Positions 54,685 to 63,753 of a stretch of 64,000 nucleotides of DNA are shown one piece after another. The position numbers and the translations under genes are program-made. How positions within the stretch are numbered: the stretch's first letter is position 1; each line of letters begins with the position of its first letter. Below the pieces are notes generated by a model that saw only the letters and a list, made by a program, of their open reading frames with translations, made no database searches and was not told the DNA's origin. The DNA is taken from NCBI GenBank assembly GCA_905214265.1, contig CAJMLQ010000002.1:8182-72181 (forward strand), given 5' to 3'. Source of the stretch: an uncultured bacterium (GTDB lineage Bacteria > Bacillota > Clostridia > Oscillospirales > Ruminococcaceae).

Positions 54685-56976
54685 TTATTCCGTCCAGCCG
54701 CCTGCCCGGAGTTCGCTGTCCAGTTCCTTTAGCATTTCCATCTGAAGGTCCTGCTCTTTGGAACTGTCGTATTTTTCGAAGGCGAGGCTGCTGTTTTCAA
54801 AGAATTTCCGGTAATTCCGCTCCGCGTTGGCCTTCTGCGCCTCTATATCAGCGTAGAGAAAGGCAAGTTGCATGTAGACCCGGTAATCATCGGGGTATTT
54901 TTTCTGCATTCCGGCCAGGGTCTCCTCACATTCGGCGTAGCGGCCCAGATTGTGGTAGAGAATGGCAATATTGTTCATGAGATAGAAGCGGGTGTATCCC
55001 TTTTGCAGCAGGCTCTGGAAGCAGGAGAGAGCCTTGTCTCCGTAGGCGGCGGCCTCTTCGCCGGTTGACGCGGCGGAAAGGGCGGCATAGACTCCGCCCA
55101 GCGCCTCGGTGACGGCCAGGTTCTTTTCTAGGGGCAGCCGTTCCAGGGCCTTTTCCAGAATGGAAACTTGGGAGACAGAGTCTCCGGCGGAAGCATAGAT
55201 GCTGTTGAGGGAAAGGGCGGTGCGCTCGATAAGGGTGGAACTGTCAGTCTGTTCAAAAACGGAGAGGAAATCCGCACGGGCGGTGTCCGTGTCGCCGGAG
55301 GCCAGCGCGATCTCGCCTTCCGCCAGCTGGATGCTCAGGGAATCCACCTCGCGCTCCCGGGCGGCGTCCACCACCTGCTGCGCCCGGTCGAGATTTCCGA
55401 TTTTTGCCAGAGAAATGGCAAAATCCCGGTAATAATCCGGGTTGGCATCGTTGCGCTGCACCGCCTTCTGGTAGCTGGTGGCGGCTTCTTCATAATTTTC
55501 CAGGTCAAAAAAGGCGTTGCCGCAGATGAAGTCCAGATTGGCGCGGCGGATATTGTCCGACTCGGTTTCTAACTCAAAGGGCAGGTAACGGACCGAATCG
55601 ATATAGGCGATACAGGTTTTTGGGTCCCCCTGCTGGTAGAGGGCCAGCGCCTTAAGGTAGTAGGCGTCGATCCGGGAGTTGAAAAGGGTGGCCGCCTGGT
55701 CGGCGCAGAGGACGGCGCTGTCGTAATTCCCTTCCGCTACATCGGAGAGCCCAGCGTCTACTGTGGAGAAATACCGATCCAGCTTTTCAGTTCCCATCCG
55801 GTTCCAGCCGTCGATAGTGCAGAGGGCGCAGGCCGCGAAAGCGGCGGTGAGCAGGATCGTCGCCGCAGTCCCTTTGGCCTGGTGGGCCCGGTAGGTACGG
55901 TCGAATTTATGGATGTTCTGGAAGGCCCGGAGCATTTCCTCGGCTGATTGGAAGCGCTTTTTGGGGTCCGGCTCCATGGCTTTGTTGATGATATAGCAGA
56001 GGCCTTCCCCCAGGCCGCTTTTCTGCGGATCCAGCGGGGCCGCGCCGTAGAGGGCGGAGTTGGGCTTCGTCCCGGAAGCGAGGTGATACAGGGTCGCGCC
56101 CAGGCTGTAGATGTCCGATTGCGCAGTTAGCGTTGCGGCCGAGGCTGGAGCGGAGGAAGGTTCGGGCATCGGCATTGCAGAAGGCCCGCCATACTGGGTA
56201 GCGCCGGGATCATCCGGGCTGATCTGCGTCGCGCCAGGATCGGGGCCGGTTGGAACAGTGAATACAGTTGCGCCGGGGTCTGGCGGGGAAATCTGCGTTG
56301 CGCCGGGGTCCGAGGGCGGAGATGAAGGAGGTGCAGCAGGGCTGCCGTACTGAGTTGCGGGATCTGGAGAAGCGGAGAGCGGTGTGGCCGCAACTCCGCT
56401 GGTTCCGGTGCGGTGCCGGTACTGTTCCGGAGGGGAGTAGCCCTCGCTGGTCCCCAGGGCAGTGTTCTCACCGGGACGCAGGGCGCGGGAAATGTTGAAA
56501 TCAATGAGGCAGATGTCCCCGTCCGGGGTCAGCATCACGTTGGCCGGTTTGATATCGCAGTGGAGGATGGGCGGCTTCTGTTTATGAAGGTACTGGAGCG
56601 CCTCGCAGAGCTGGGTACCCCACTTGACGACCTCCTTCCGGGAAAAGCGGCGGCCGCTGTTTAGAAGCTGGGCAAAGTTTTCCCCGGGGATGAAGTCCAT
56701 GACTGTATAGACCTCCCCGCCGATCTCGAGGAAGTTGTAGAGGATGGGGAGATAGGTGTGCTTGAGATTTTTGAGGATATCGGCTTCAGCGCTGTCCTGG
56801 ATCTTTCCGCGCACAGCGGATTTCATCTGCTTAACGACCACCTGGTTATGGAGCTTCAGGTGCTCAGCGCGGTAGATGATCCCGCCGCCGCCGCTGCCGA
56901 TTTCACATTCGATCCGGTAAGTGCCGTCCAGCACCTCTCCGGGCCGGATACGGCTGGTTTCCGGTGTGTTGTTCAC
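54685..56976 (-). CDS. Hanks-type Ser/Thr protein kinase with TM segment and extracytoplasmic TPR domain
   Basis: Gly loop IGSGGGGIIY, VVVKQM Lys, catalytic loop HCDIKPANVML, DFN, SPPE, SDIYSLG. TM AATILLTAAFAACALCTI, then TPR repeats. GTG start after AGGAGG. Confidence 0.9.
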   Translation of the reverse strand: MNNTPETSRIRPGEVLDGTYRIECEIGSGGGGIIYRAEHLKLHNQVVVKQMKSAVRGKIQDSAEADILKNLKHTYLPILYNFLEIGGEVYTVMDFIPGENFAQLLNSGRRFSRKEVVKWGTQLCEALQYLHKQKPPILHCDIKPANVMLTPDGDICLIDFNISRALRPGENTALGTSEGYSPPEQYRHRTGTSGVAATPLSASPDPATQYGSPAAPPSSPPSDPGATQISPPDPGATVFTVPTGPDPGATQISPDDPGATQYGGPSAMPMPEPSSAPASAATLTAQSDIYSLGATLYHLASGTKPNSALYGAAPLDPQKSGLGEGLCYIINKAMEPDPKKRFQSAEEMLRAFQNIHKFDRTYRAHQAKGTAATILLTAAFAACALCTIDGWNRMGTEKLDRYFSTVDAGLSDVAEGNYDSAVLCADQAATLFNSRIDAYYLKALALYQQGDPKTCIAYIDSVRYLPFELETESDNIRRANLDFICGNAFFDLENYEEAATSYQKAVQRNDANPDYYRDFAISLAKIGNLDRAQQVVDAAREREVDSLSIQLAEGEIALASGDTDTARADFLSVFEQTDSSTLIERTALSLNSIYASAGDSVSQVSILEKALERLPLEKNLAVTEALGGVYAALSAASTGEEAAAYGDKALSCFQSLLQKGYTRFYLMNNIAILYHNLGRYAECEETLAGMQKKYPDDYRVYMQLAFLYADIEAQKANAERNYRKFFENSSLAFEKYDSSKEQDLQMEMLKELDSELRAGGWTE
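56194..56367 (-). repeat. Intragenic degenerate tandem repeat encoding DPGATQ-type units
   Basis: DPATQY / DPGATQIS / DPGATVFT / DPGATQIS / DPGATQYG within the kinase gene. The DNA shows recurring GCGCC(A/G)GG(A/G)TC units. Confidence 0.7.
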
Positions 56977-56992
56977 GGAGCTGCCTCCTGTC

Positions 56993-58462
56993 TTATTGTG
57001 CAGTGAAAAGATAATCGACGCCTTTGGCGGAAAAGCTCACCCGGTCGCCGTTTTTCAGCGGCACGGGGACGTTGGCGGCCAGGGGCTGGCCGTTGATATA
57101 GGTCCCGGCAGGGGAGCCCAGATGGATCAGCACGTAAGCGCCGTTCCGTTCCTCGATCCGGGCGTGAAAACGGCTGACTGCGTTGATGTCTGCGGCAAAT
57201 TCGAAGTCCGATTGCTGGTAGCCCTTGGTCACGTCGAAACGGCCGATGCTGAAGGCTCCGTCGTGGATGCGGATGTCGATCAAGGAAGGAGGGCAGCTGC
57301 CGGTCTGAGGGTTGCAAAAATTTCCCACATAGCGGAGATACGCGCCGGATTCCACCATGTTGTCATCGCCAATGATGGTGTTTCCATCGTCCGCCGGAGA
57401 CATGGGAGCCGGCGCGGGGCTCGGAGATGAGGACGGCATTCCTGCGCCGGCGGCTGCGCCGCCGAGGAACTCTCGGCGTTCCGGTGCGGGAGCAGGCTGC
57501 TTTGGCTTGTTGCCGAAGAGCTTTCCGAAAAGAGGCGCTTTCTCCTCTTTTTTCTTGGGGGAGTCTTTGGCGGGCTTGCCGCCGGAGAGGATAGCTTCCA
57601 AATCGTCATCGCTGTCAGAGGAAAGGCCCAGGTCCAGGGATTCGCTCTTTTTCTTGCTTTTATCAGGCTTTTCCGTCTTTTTCAGGGAAGCCGCCGGAGC
57701 GGAATTCCAGCCTCCCGGAGCTGCACCGCCGGAGTTCCAGCCACCGGAGGCCGGCTGCTTTGCGGGGGGATTGGGCTGCTGGACCGGAGTCTGCACAGAC
57801 GGTTGCTGGACCGGCTTTTTCTGGATAGGCGGCGGATTCTGCGGGGGCTGTTGAGATTGCTGGGGCTGCTGAGGCGGAACCGGGTTCGGATTTTGGACCG
57901 GTGCGCCGCCTTGTTCCAGAGCGAGACGGAATTCGTACAGGGAGAAATCCCGGCGCATCAGGCATTTGTAAAGGGCCGCGGTCAGCTGGCCGCCGTCCGG
58001 GACTTGGCAGCGCTCCAAAAGTCCGGCGAACAGCTCTTTGATGTCCTCGTCAGCCGCGCAGGGGCCCTGCACCGGGAAATACAGGTAGCCGATATCCATG
58101 GCGGAGCGGTCCAGATAGATATACTGGGGATCGAAGCAGAAATAGCGGTAGTCCAGGAACCAGTCTTCCCCATCCAGAAGGGGGTCCACCAGCTTGTGAA
58201 GCAGCCGGGTAAACTCGCTCAGCGTAAAGGTTCCGCTCAGATAGGCGAGGCTCACGCGATTGCCGAAATCGTACTTCAGGACGGTTTCGCCGTTGAGGCC
58301 GCTGACCGAAAAGGGGCAGAGAAAGGGCGGCCGGTCGCCCCGGATGGTCTCAAAGGCGGCCGTATCCAGCGGCAGCCCCGCGGGGAAGGTGCATTCTACA
58401 TAGCCGCGGCCGAGGTAGCTGCCCAGCTCCAGCCGGATTCCATTTGACAGTGTCATGTCCAT
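56993..58462 (-). CDS. FHA-domain protein (unknown N-terminal domain, P/Q/K-rich linker, C-terminal FHA)
   Basis: C-terminal FHA signature IGRFDVTKGY...VSRFHARIEERNGAYVLIHLGSPAGTYINGQPL. No TM. Start ambiguous (58474, 58462 or 58456). Confidence 0.85.
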   Translation of the reverse strand: MDMTLSNGIRLELGSYLGRGYVECTFPAGLPLDTAAFETIRGDRPPFLCPFSVSGLNGETVLKYDFGNRVSLAYLSGTFTLSEFTRLLHKLVDPLLDGEDWFLDYRYFCFDPQYIYLDRSAMDIGYLYFPVQGPCAADEDIKELFAGLLERCQVPDGGQLTAALYKCLMRRDFSLYEFRLALEQGGAPVQNPNPVPPQQPQQSQQPPQNPPPIQKKPVQQPSVQTPVQQPNPPAKQPASGGWNSGGAAPGGWNSAPAASLKKTEKPDKSKKKSESLDLGLSSDSDDDLEAILSGGKPAKDSPKKKEEKAPLFGKLFGNKPKQPAPAPERREFLGGAAAGAGMPSSSPSPAPAPMSPADDGNTIIGDDNMVESGAYLRYVGNFCNPQTGSCPPSLIDIRIHDGAFSIGRFDVTKGYQQSDFEFAADINAVSRFHARIEERNGAYVLIHLGSPAGTYINGQPLAANVPVPLKNGDRVSFSAKGVDYLFTAQ

Positions 58463-58473
58463 CGTTCCTTTCA

Positions 58474-59787
58474 TCAGGGATTTGCCTGAAAGCGGATCAA
58501 GCTCCAGCCGCTTTCCGTTTGTACGGCGGCCGCTCTTTCGGAGAAGGGCTTGGCGCCGATATATTGCAGGGGTACGGCGATCTCGCCGCGAAGGCTGATG
58601 TAGCCCCAAAGGCCGTCTTTTTCTACTGCGGCGACTCCTTCAGAGAAGGAACAGGCGCTGTCCCACTCAAAGGGCAGGACCTCCTGGCCGTTTTTGTCGA
58701 GAAAGCCCCATTTTCCGTCCTTGCAGACTGCGGCCAGGCCGTCGCTTTCTAAAAAGGGGTAAGCGTCGGTATAGCCGGTCTCGGAGATCCTGGTTCCTGT
58801 GGCGTCGACGAGATAGGTAAGCTCGCCGGATTTGGCGAAGGCTCTGCCGTTTCGATAGGCACAGCCCTTTTCGTCCAGGGAAAAGCCGTCGAATTCGTCG
58901 GTTTGGTCCTCGCTGGAGGAATTCTGAAGGACCCATTTCCCGTTCCGGCAAACCGCGCGTCCACCGTCGGAAAGGGTTCCAATGAAGTCGTATTCAGTGG
59001 CGCCGATCCGCATTTCTGCGTTGGCCAGCCGCCATTTTCCATTGATGCGCAGGGAGGTCACGCCTTGGCCGAAGGGGGCGATGCTGTCGGCAGCCTCTTT
59101 GCAGAGGGCTGTGCGGAAACCGTCGGTGTCGATGACGATGACTTGTCCGTTTTCGATAACAGCGGCGCTGCCGTTTTCAAAGTCCATGGCCTGATCAAAA
59201 ACGCAGGGAATCGTCAGATCGCCGTCAGCGTCCAGATAGCCCCACTTTCCCTCCAGACAGACCGCTGCAAATCCGTCGGACATGGAGCGGATATCCTCGT
59301 ATTTAGCATAGCTTTTGGTGAAAGCATAGCGGACCGACTCATAGTAGTCCGTCAGTTCCTCGCTGTCCAGCCGGGCGATGCCCTCTTTGAGGGTATCCAG
59401 GCCGCTTTGGTATTTGTGGTTGAGAAAGTAATGATCCGCGGTTTCCCGATAAAGGTCCGCATCGGCGGTATCCGCGTTCAGCATGGTCAGAAGGGTGGCC
59501 AGGTAGGGTTTTTCCTCGCCCAGCGCCCGATAGCAGTCCGCCAGCGCCCGCTGCACTTCACCGGTACGCCCGGTCTGAATTTCCGCGGCCTCCTCCAGCA
59601 GGGGAACGGCCCGGACGTAGATCTGGTCGTCGATGTAGGTTTGGGCCTCCTGGAACAGTTCGTCCTGCCGGGCGCTGTTCCGGGAACCGGCGGTGACAGC
59701 GGCCAGCCAGACAATGGCGGCGGCCGCCGCGAGGAGGATGGCTAGTAAGATCTTCTTGCTTTGATACAAACAAATCCCGCCTTTCAC
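58474..59787 (-). CDS. Membrane-anchored TPR-like and WG (KWG) repeat protein
   Basis: N-terminal TM. Repeated GKWGYLDADGD / DGKWGFLDKNGQEVLPFEWD / DGLWGYISLRGEIAVP units. GTG start. Confidence 0.75.
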   Translation of the reverse strand: MKGGICLYQSKKILLAILLAAAAAIVWLAAVTAGSRNSARQDELFQEAQTYIDDQIYVRAVPLLEEAAEIQTGRTGEVQRALADCYRALGEEKPYLATLLTMLNADTADADLYRETADHYFLNHKYQSGLDTLKEGIARLDSEELTDYYESVRYAFTKSYAKYEDIRSMSDGFAAVCLEGKWGYLDADGDLTIPCVFDQAMDFENGSAAVIENGQVIVIDTDGFRTALCKEAADSIAPFGQGVTSLRINGKWRLANAEMRIGATEYDFIGTLSDGGRAVCRNGKWVLQNSSSEDQTDEFDGFSLDEKGCAYRNGRAFAKSGELTYLVDATGTRISETGYTDAYPFLESDGLAAVCKDGKWGFLDKNGQEVLPFEWDSACSFSEGVAAVEKDGLWGYISLRGEIAVPLQYIGAKPFSERAAAVQTESGWSLIRFQANP

Positions 59788-59802
59788 AATCCGGTCCGCA
59801 CG

Positions 59803-60441
59803 TCACAGGCGGAACAGGTAGCAGAGAAACGTTCCGATGAATAAAAAGGGAACCAGGGGCACCCCGTCCTTCCGGCCCAGCTTTTTCCGAACCATCTGGA
59901 CGATGGAAAAAATGGCGCAGAGGAGTAGCCCGTAAAATACCGCCCCGACGATCCGCGTCGCAGTCAGATAAAGGCCCATCAGCGCCACCAGCTTGACATC
60001 GCCGCCGCCCAGCTGCCTCCGGCTGAGAAAATAAGCGATGAGAAATACCAGGCCCATCAGCACGGAGCCGATCCCCGCCAGAATCAAGCGTTCCAGCCCC
60101 GCCTCTGCGCCTCCTAGAAAGGAGAGCCCAGTCAGGCCCAGAAAAATGCCGCCCATCCAGAGCAGCAAGCGGTTGGGAACGATCTTACGCCGCAGGTCGG
60201 TTACAGACAGTACGTAAAGAAACCAAAGGGCGGTTCCGGCAAAAGCCATTTCCACCCAGTCCATGTGGTCACGCTGCCAGAAGCCGAGAACCCCATAGGG
60301 GATCGGCAGCAGAAAGGCGGCTCGGACCAAAACGTCCGGCTTCTGCCCCTCGGCAGAAGGCTCCAGAAAACGCGGAAGCACCCATATCGCCAGCACCGCG
60401 GCGATTAGACCCGCACAGACTGCAATTGCCGTCGTTGCCAA
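59803..60441 (-). CDS. A24-family prepilin (Flp-type/TadV-like) leader peptidase
   Basis: Polytopic membrane protein with the two Asp contexts SVTDLRRKIVPN and GGGDVKL. TTG start. Confidence 0.8.
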   Translation of the reverse strand: MATTAIAVCAGLIAAVLAIWVLPRFLEPSAEGQKPDVLVRAAFLLPIPYGVLGFWQRDHMDWVEMAFAGTALWFLYVLSVTDLRRKIVPNRLLLWMGGIFLGLTGLSFLGGAEAGLERLILAGIGSVLMGLVFLIAYFLSRRQLGGGDVKLVALMGLYLTATRIVGAVFYGLLLCAIFSIVQMVRKKLGRKDGVPLVPFLFIGTFLCYLFRL

Positions 60442-60465
60442 TTTGCTTCACTCACTTTCCTTGAC

Positions 60466-61290
60466 TTAGGGAGAGGATTTCTGAGCGCTGCCGTCTCCGT
60501 CCAGCCAGGCGCTGGCCGCGGCCCGCTGCACAATGTGAAAACTGTCACTGGGGAGTGGAAGCAGCGGAAACCGAACGGAAATGTCGTATTCCACGATCAG
60601 GTCGATGGTCTTGCCATCGTAAAAAAGCCGGGATTCGCCGAAATCCAGACCGTCCCAACCGCCTTTGACTCCATAGGCGGTGAGAAAACCGTCTGCATCT
60701 TGACCGCCGGCGTCCGTCAGGTACTTGGGGACTAGGGCTGAGGCCAGCGGCACCAAGACCAGCCGACTTTTGCCGTATTCTAAGGCCCCTTGAGCGCCCA
60801 GGTAGAGAAAAGCGATGGCCGTCTGCTTGGGGTTTTTGGCTAGGGAGATCAGGGAACTACCGGTCTGAATGGCATCGTCCACGGCGGCGTCTCCGGCGGT
60901 AATCAGGCTGTCCAGGTCCTTTTGCAGTTCGTCAAAGTCCAGCTCCCCGCCGGTCAGATCGCTTTGGGTCTTGCCGAAGGCGCTGGTCAGGGTATTGACG
61001 GAATCCCACAGGGTGTTAAGGTTTTTTGCGGATTCATTGACGCTCTGGGCCTCCGTGCCGGCTTTTTTGATGAAGCTGTCGTGTTTTTCCTGAAGGCCGG
61101 AGGCGCTGTACAGGTAGCTGTAGGAGGAAAGCTCTCGGACTGTTTGGGTCAGGGCATACTGGATCCGGTCGTGGACGATGTAGACGTTGGTCAGGTTGAT
61201 CATGAAAGCCATGATGCCGATGAAGATAACCAGGGCAATGGAGGCTTCCACCACGATGGAGCCTCGCTGGGAGTTTTTCAGTTCCCGCAT
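60466..61290 (-). CDS. TadE-like pseudopilin-type protein
   Basis: N-terminus MRELKNSQRG|SIVVEASIALVIFIGIMAF matches the TadE/TadF class (G, then x4 E, then a hydrophobic helix). The ATG overlaps the TadG-like stop region. Confidence 0.7.
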   Translation of the reverse strand: MRELKNSQRGSIVVEASIALVIFIGIMAFMINLTNVYIVHDRIQYALTQTVRELSSYSYLYSASGLQEKHDSFIKKAGTEAQSVNESAKNLNTLWDSVNTLTSAFGKTQSDLTGGELDFDELQKDLDSLITAGDAAVDDAIQTGSSLISLAKNPKQTAIAFLYLGAQGALEYGKSRLVLVPLASALVPKYLTDAGGQDADGFLTAYGVKGGWDGLDFGESRLFYDGKTIDLIVEYDISVRFPLLPLPSDSFHIVQRAAASAWLDGDGSAQKSSP

Positions 61291-61291
61291 C

Positions 61292-63700
61292 TCAGTACCC
61301 CCTTGTCTGCGAATAGGAGAAGCTGCCGGAAAAGGGGTCGCTCTGCTGGCCAAAGACGTTCTGGACGTAGGGCATGAACAGCATGGGGAGGGTGGTGTCC
61401 ACTGTCGTCTGGATGGCGGTGTAGGAATCTGCCAGACGATAGTCCAGGGAGGTCAAAGGGTTTTGCCGGTAGTGGTTGACGTTCATTTCGATAAGGTTTC
61501 CCGTCCGGGCGGTAAGAGTCTCGCCGTCCCGGAAGATCAGGAGCAGAAGGGTGATGTAGCCTTCATAGGAGAGACCGAAGTTCTTGGTTTTGCCAGCTTC
61601 TCCGCCGCCCTCGCCGCCGGAGCTTCCGGAGACCAGGGAGCCGAAAAACTGGCTGGGCTTCAGAACCCAGTCGGTTTTTCGCTTATAAAGGGCCACTGAC
61701 TCTCCGTTCAGGAGTTTGTTCAGATCATTGGCGGTTTCAGCTGCTGTCAGGGCGGCGCGGAGGGCCTCCCGGACAGCCAGATGGATCAGAGGGTTGCCGG
61801 CGGACAGGATTGAGGCCACAGTATTGAGGGCGCTGCTGATCTCACTGTCTGTGTAGGTGTAGATGAAGTTCAGGACATAGCGGATGCCGAAAATCGTGGA
61901 GCGGACGGTGGAAACGTTATCCGTAGCGCTCTGCTTTCCGGAATAGACGTACTCCAGCTCGCTGCGGTAAAGGTAGTTCGCAGCAGGAGATTTTTCGATG
62001 CCGGTCAGGGAAACGTCGAGTTTGTTGTTGTCCGGATCCTTCTCATGCTGGACGTTGGTGGAGTAGCAGGAAAACATGCCGGTATCGTATTCCACCATCA
62101 GGAGCTTGTGGAGAAGGTCGGTGCCGTTGCCGGCGGCTGCGCCGTTGAACTGATCGGCAACATCGCCCGTCATTTTCGAAGCAAGCTCATCCTCCTTGCC
62201 GTTGGTGACGGAGGGAGTGCTGCCGGAGCCGCCGGAGCCCGATCCGCCGTAAGTGCGGGCGTTCCAGATTGCATCAGGAATTTCGCCCACCACCAGATCA
62301 GGGGTGGCAAAGACGTTTTTCAGGATGCTTTTCGTCCGTTCGTTCAGGTCGGAGCGGTTGCTTTCGGCAGTGGATTTTTTACTGGAATCCCCACCGGAAA
62401 AGTAGGACTTCAGGGTGTTATAAAGATCGGGATTTACATTTCGGGCATATTTCCAGTTCAGAGAGGGGACTGGAACGTGGTTGAGGCGGTCGGGTTTGGC
62501 GTCCTTGGGTGCCCATTTATAATCGGAGAAAGTTTTGCCGTTGTTGAAGGCAATGTCATCAATATTTTCCTTCATATCGTCGATCTTGTCCTGGTTCTCC
62601 GCCAGGGTGTCGGCGAATTCGGTGAAATCGTAATCGAACAGGGCTTCGTATTCCCTGATCTGCTCTTCCATGGCGGACTGGACTTCGGAGGAGCAGCTGG
62701 AAAGCTGGCCGCGCATGGAACTGATCTTATCCTGGATATCGCCGATCTTTTTATCGATCTTTTTGCAGGTCGACTGGATCTTTTTGAGATTTTTCTCATA
62801 AGGGTCGTCGTACATCTTCTTCATGGTGGAGATGTCGCCGTCCGCGGCTTTGGCGTCGGCCTTGATCTTGTCGTAAAAATCATCGATTTCTTTTTCGTAG
62901 GCCTTGACCTTGTCCTTGTCGGCCTTGTTTTTAGAGTCCTTCAGGGCGTCAATCTTGCTCTGACGGTCCTCAATCTGTTCGTAGTACCAAATGATGTTGT
63001 CCGCGTAGATGGACATATTGGAGTTGAAGATATTCAGCTGGCTCTCATTAAACCCGTCGTTGATGTTGAGCTGGTCATAGAGATCCTTGTAAAGGCCGTT
63101 GAGGTCCTCCAGCATGTCGTCGATCTCGGTTTTTTTCTTGAGAATTTTGCTGTCGCTCCCCAGGTTTTCCAGGGCTTCCACTGCGCTGAAAATATCCAGC
63201 TCCAGGAGCTGGGCCGCTACACGGTACTTCATATAGTCGCCCACCTGGTTTTGGAGGACGGCGGAGGTCCCCAGGCTGGAATTCGAAAGGGTCTGGACGG
63301 AGGCGGAGGCCTTCATATTGCGGTAAGGGTTTAAGAGATTGCCTCCGCTGCTCTGGAAAAGCTGCTGCACGCGATCCACGAGGTTGTGGACATCCTGGTT
63401 TGCGACACCGGTGTAGATGGATTTGGCGGGGTCGAAAACGGCTAGGGCGTAGTTTTCATAACCGTTGGTGGCACTTTCGTCCTGGCTCAGGGCGAAAAGG
63501 CCGTACATTTCCTTGAGCACGCTGTCGTACTGGCTGAGAACAGAGGACGCATACAGCTGATTGGCGTCGCTGGCTGTCTGTTGGGCGGTTTTGAAGCGGG
63601 CAAGATCGCTCATGATGCCGGTGAACGCCACGGTGGGCAGGAGAATAAGCGTGACAAACACCGTGACGACGCCACGGTGATCCTTTTTCAGCCGGAACAT
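61292..63700 (-). CDS. Giant TadG-like protein (N-terminal Tad pseudopilin-type anchor plus ~750-aa helical/coiled-coil body)
   Basis: MFRLKKDHRGVVTVFVTLILLPTVAFTGIMSDLARF N-terminus (TadE/G-like). Long K/D/E-rich coiled-coil stretch and Gly/Ser linkers. RBS AAAGGAGGAG before ATG 63700. Confidence 0.7.
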   Translation of the reverse strand: MFRLKKDHRGVVTVFVTLILLPTVAFTGIMSDLARFKTAQQTASDANQLYASSVLSQYDSVLKEMYGLFALSQDESATNGYENYALAVFDPAKSIYTGVANQDVHNLVDRVQQLFQSSGGNLLNPYRNMKASASVQTLSNSSLGTSAVLQNQVGDYMKYRVAAQLLELDIFSAVEALENLGSDSKILKKKTEIDDMLEDLNGLYKDLYDQLNINDGFNESQLNIFNSNMSIYADNIIWYYEQIEDRQSKIDALKDSKNKADKDKVKAYEKEIDDFYDKIKADAKAADGDISTMKKMYDDPYEKNLKKIQSTCKKIDKKIGDIQDKISSMRGQLSSCSSEVQSAMEEQIREYEALFDYDFTEFADTLAENQDKIDDMKENIDDIAFNNGKTFSDYKWAPKDAKPDRLNHVPVPSLNWKYARNVNPDLYNTLKSYFSGGDSSKKSTAESNRSDLNERTKSILKNVFATPDLVVGEIPDAIWNARTYGGSGSGGSGSTPSVTNGKEDELASKMTGDVADQFNGAAAGNGTDLLHKLLMVEYDTGMFSCYSTNVQHEKDPDNNKLDVSLTGIEKSPAANYLYRSELEYVYSGKQSATDNVSTVRSTIFGIRYVLNFIYTYTDSEISSALNTVASILSAGNPLIHLAVREALRAALTAAETANDLNKLLNGESVALYKRKTDWVLKPSQFFGSLVSGSSGGEGGGEAGKTKNFGLSYEGYITLLLLIFRDGETLTARTGNLIEMNVNHYRQNPLTSLDYRLADSYTAIQTTVDTTLPMLFMPYVQNVFGQQSDPFSGSFSYSQTRGY

Positions 63701-63753
63701 TCCGCTCCTCCTTTCAGATGCTATCAAAAGCCGCGCCTGCGGCGGAATTTTCG

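Noticed and set aside
56194-56367. Short DNA repeats considered as a possible CRISPR or minisatellite
   Set aside because: The repeats are degenerate, in-frame and inside a kinase gene, where they encode DPGATQ units. There are no unique spacers and no cas genes.
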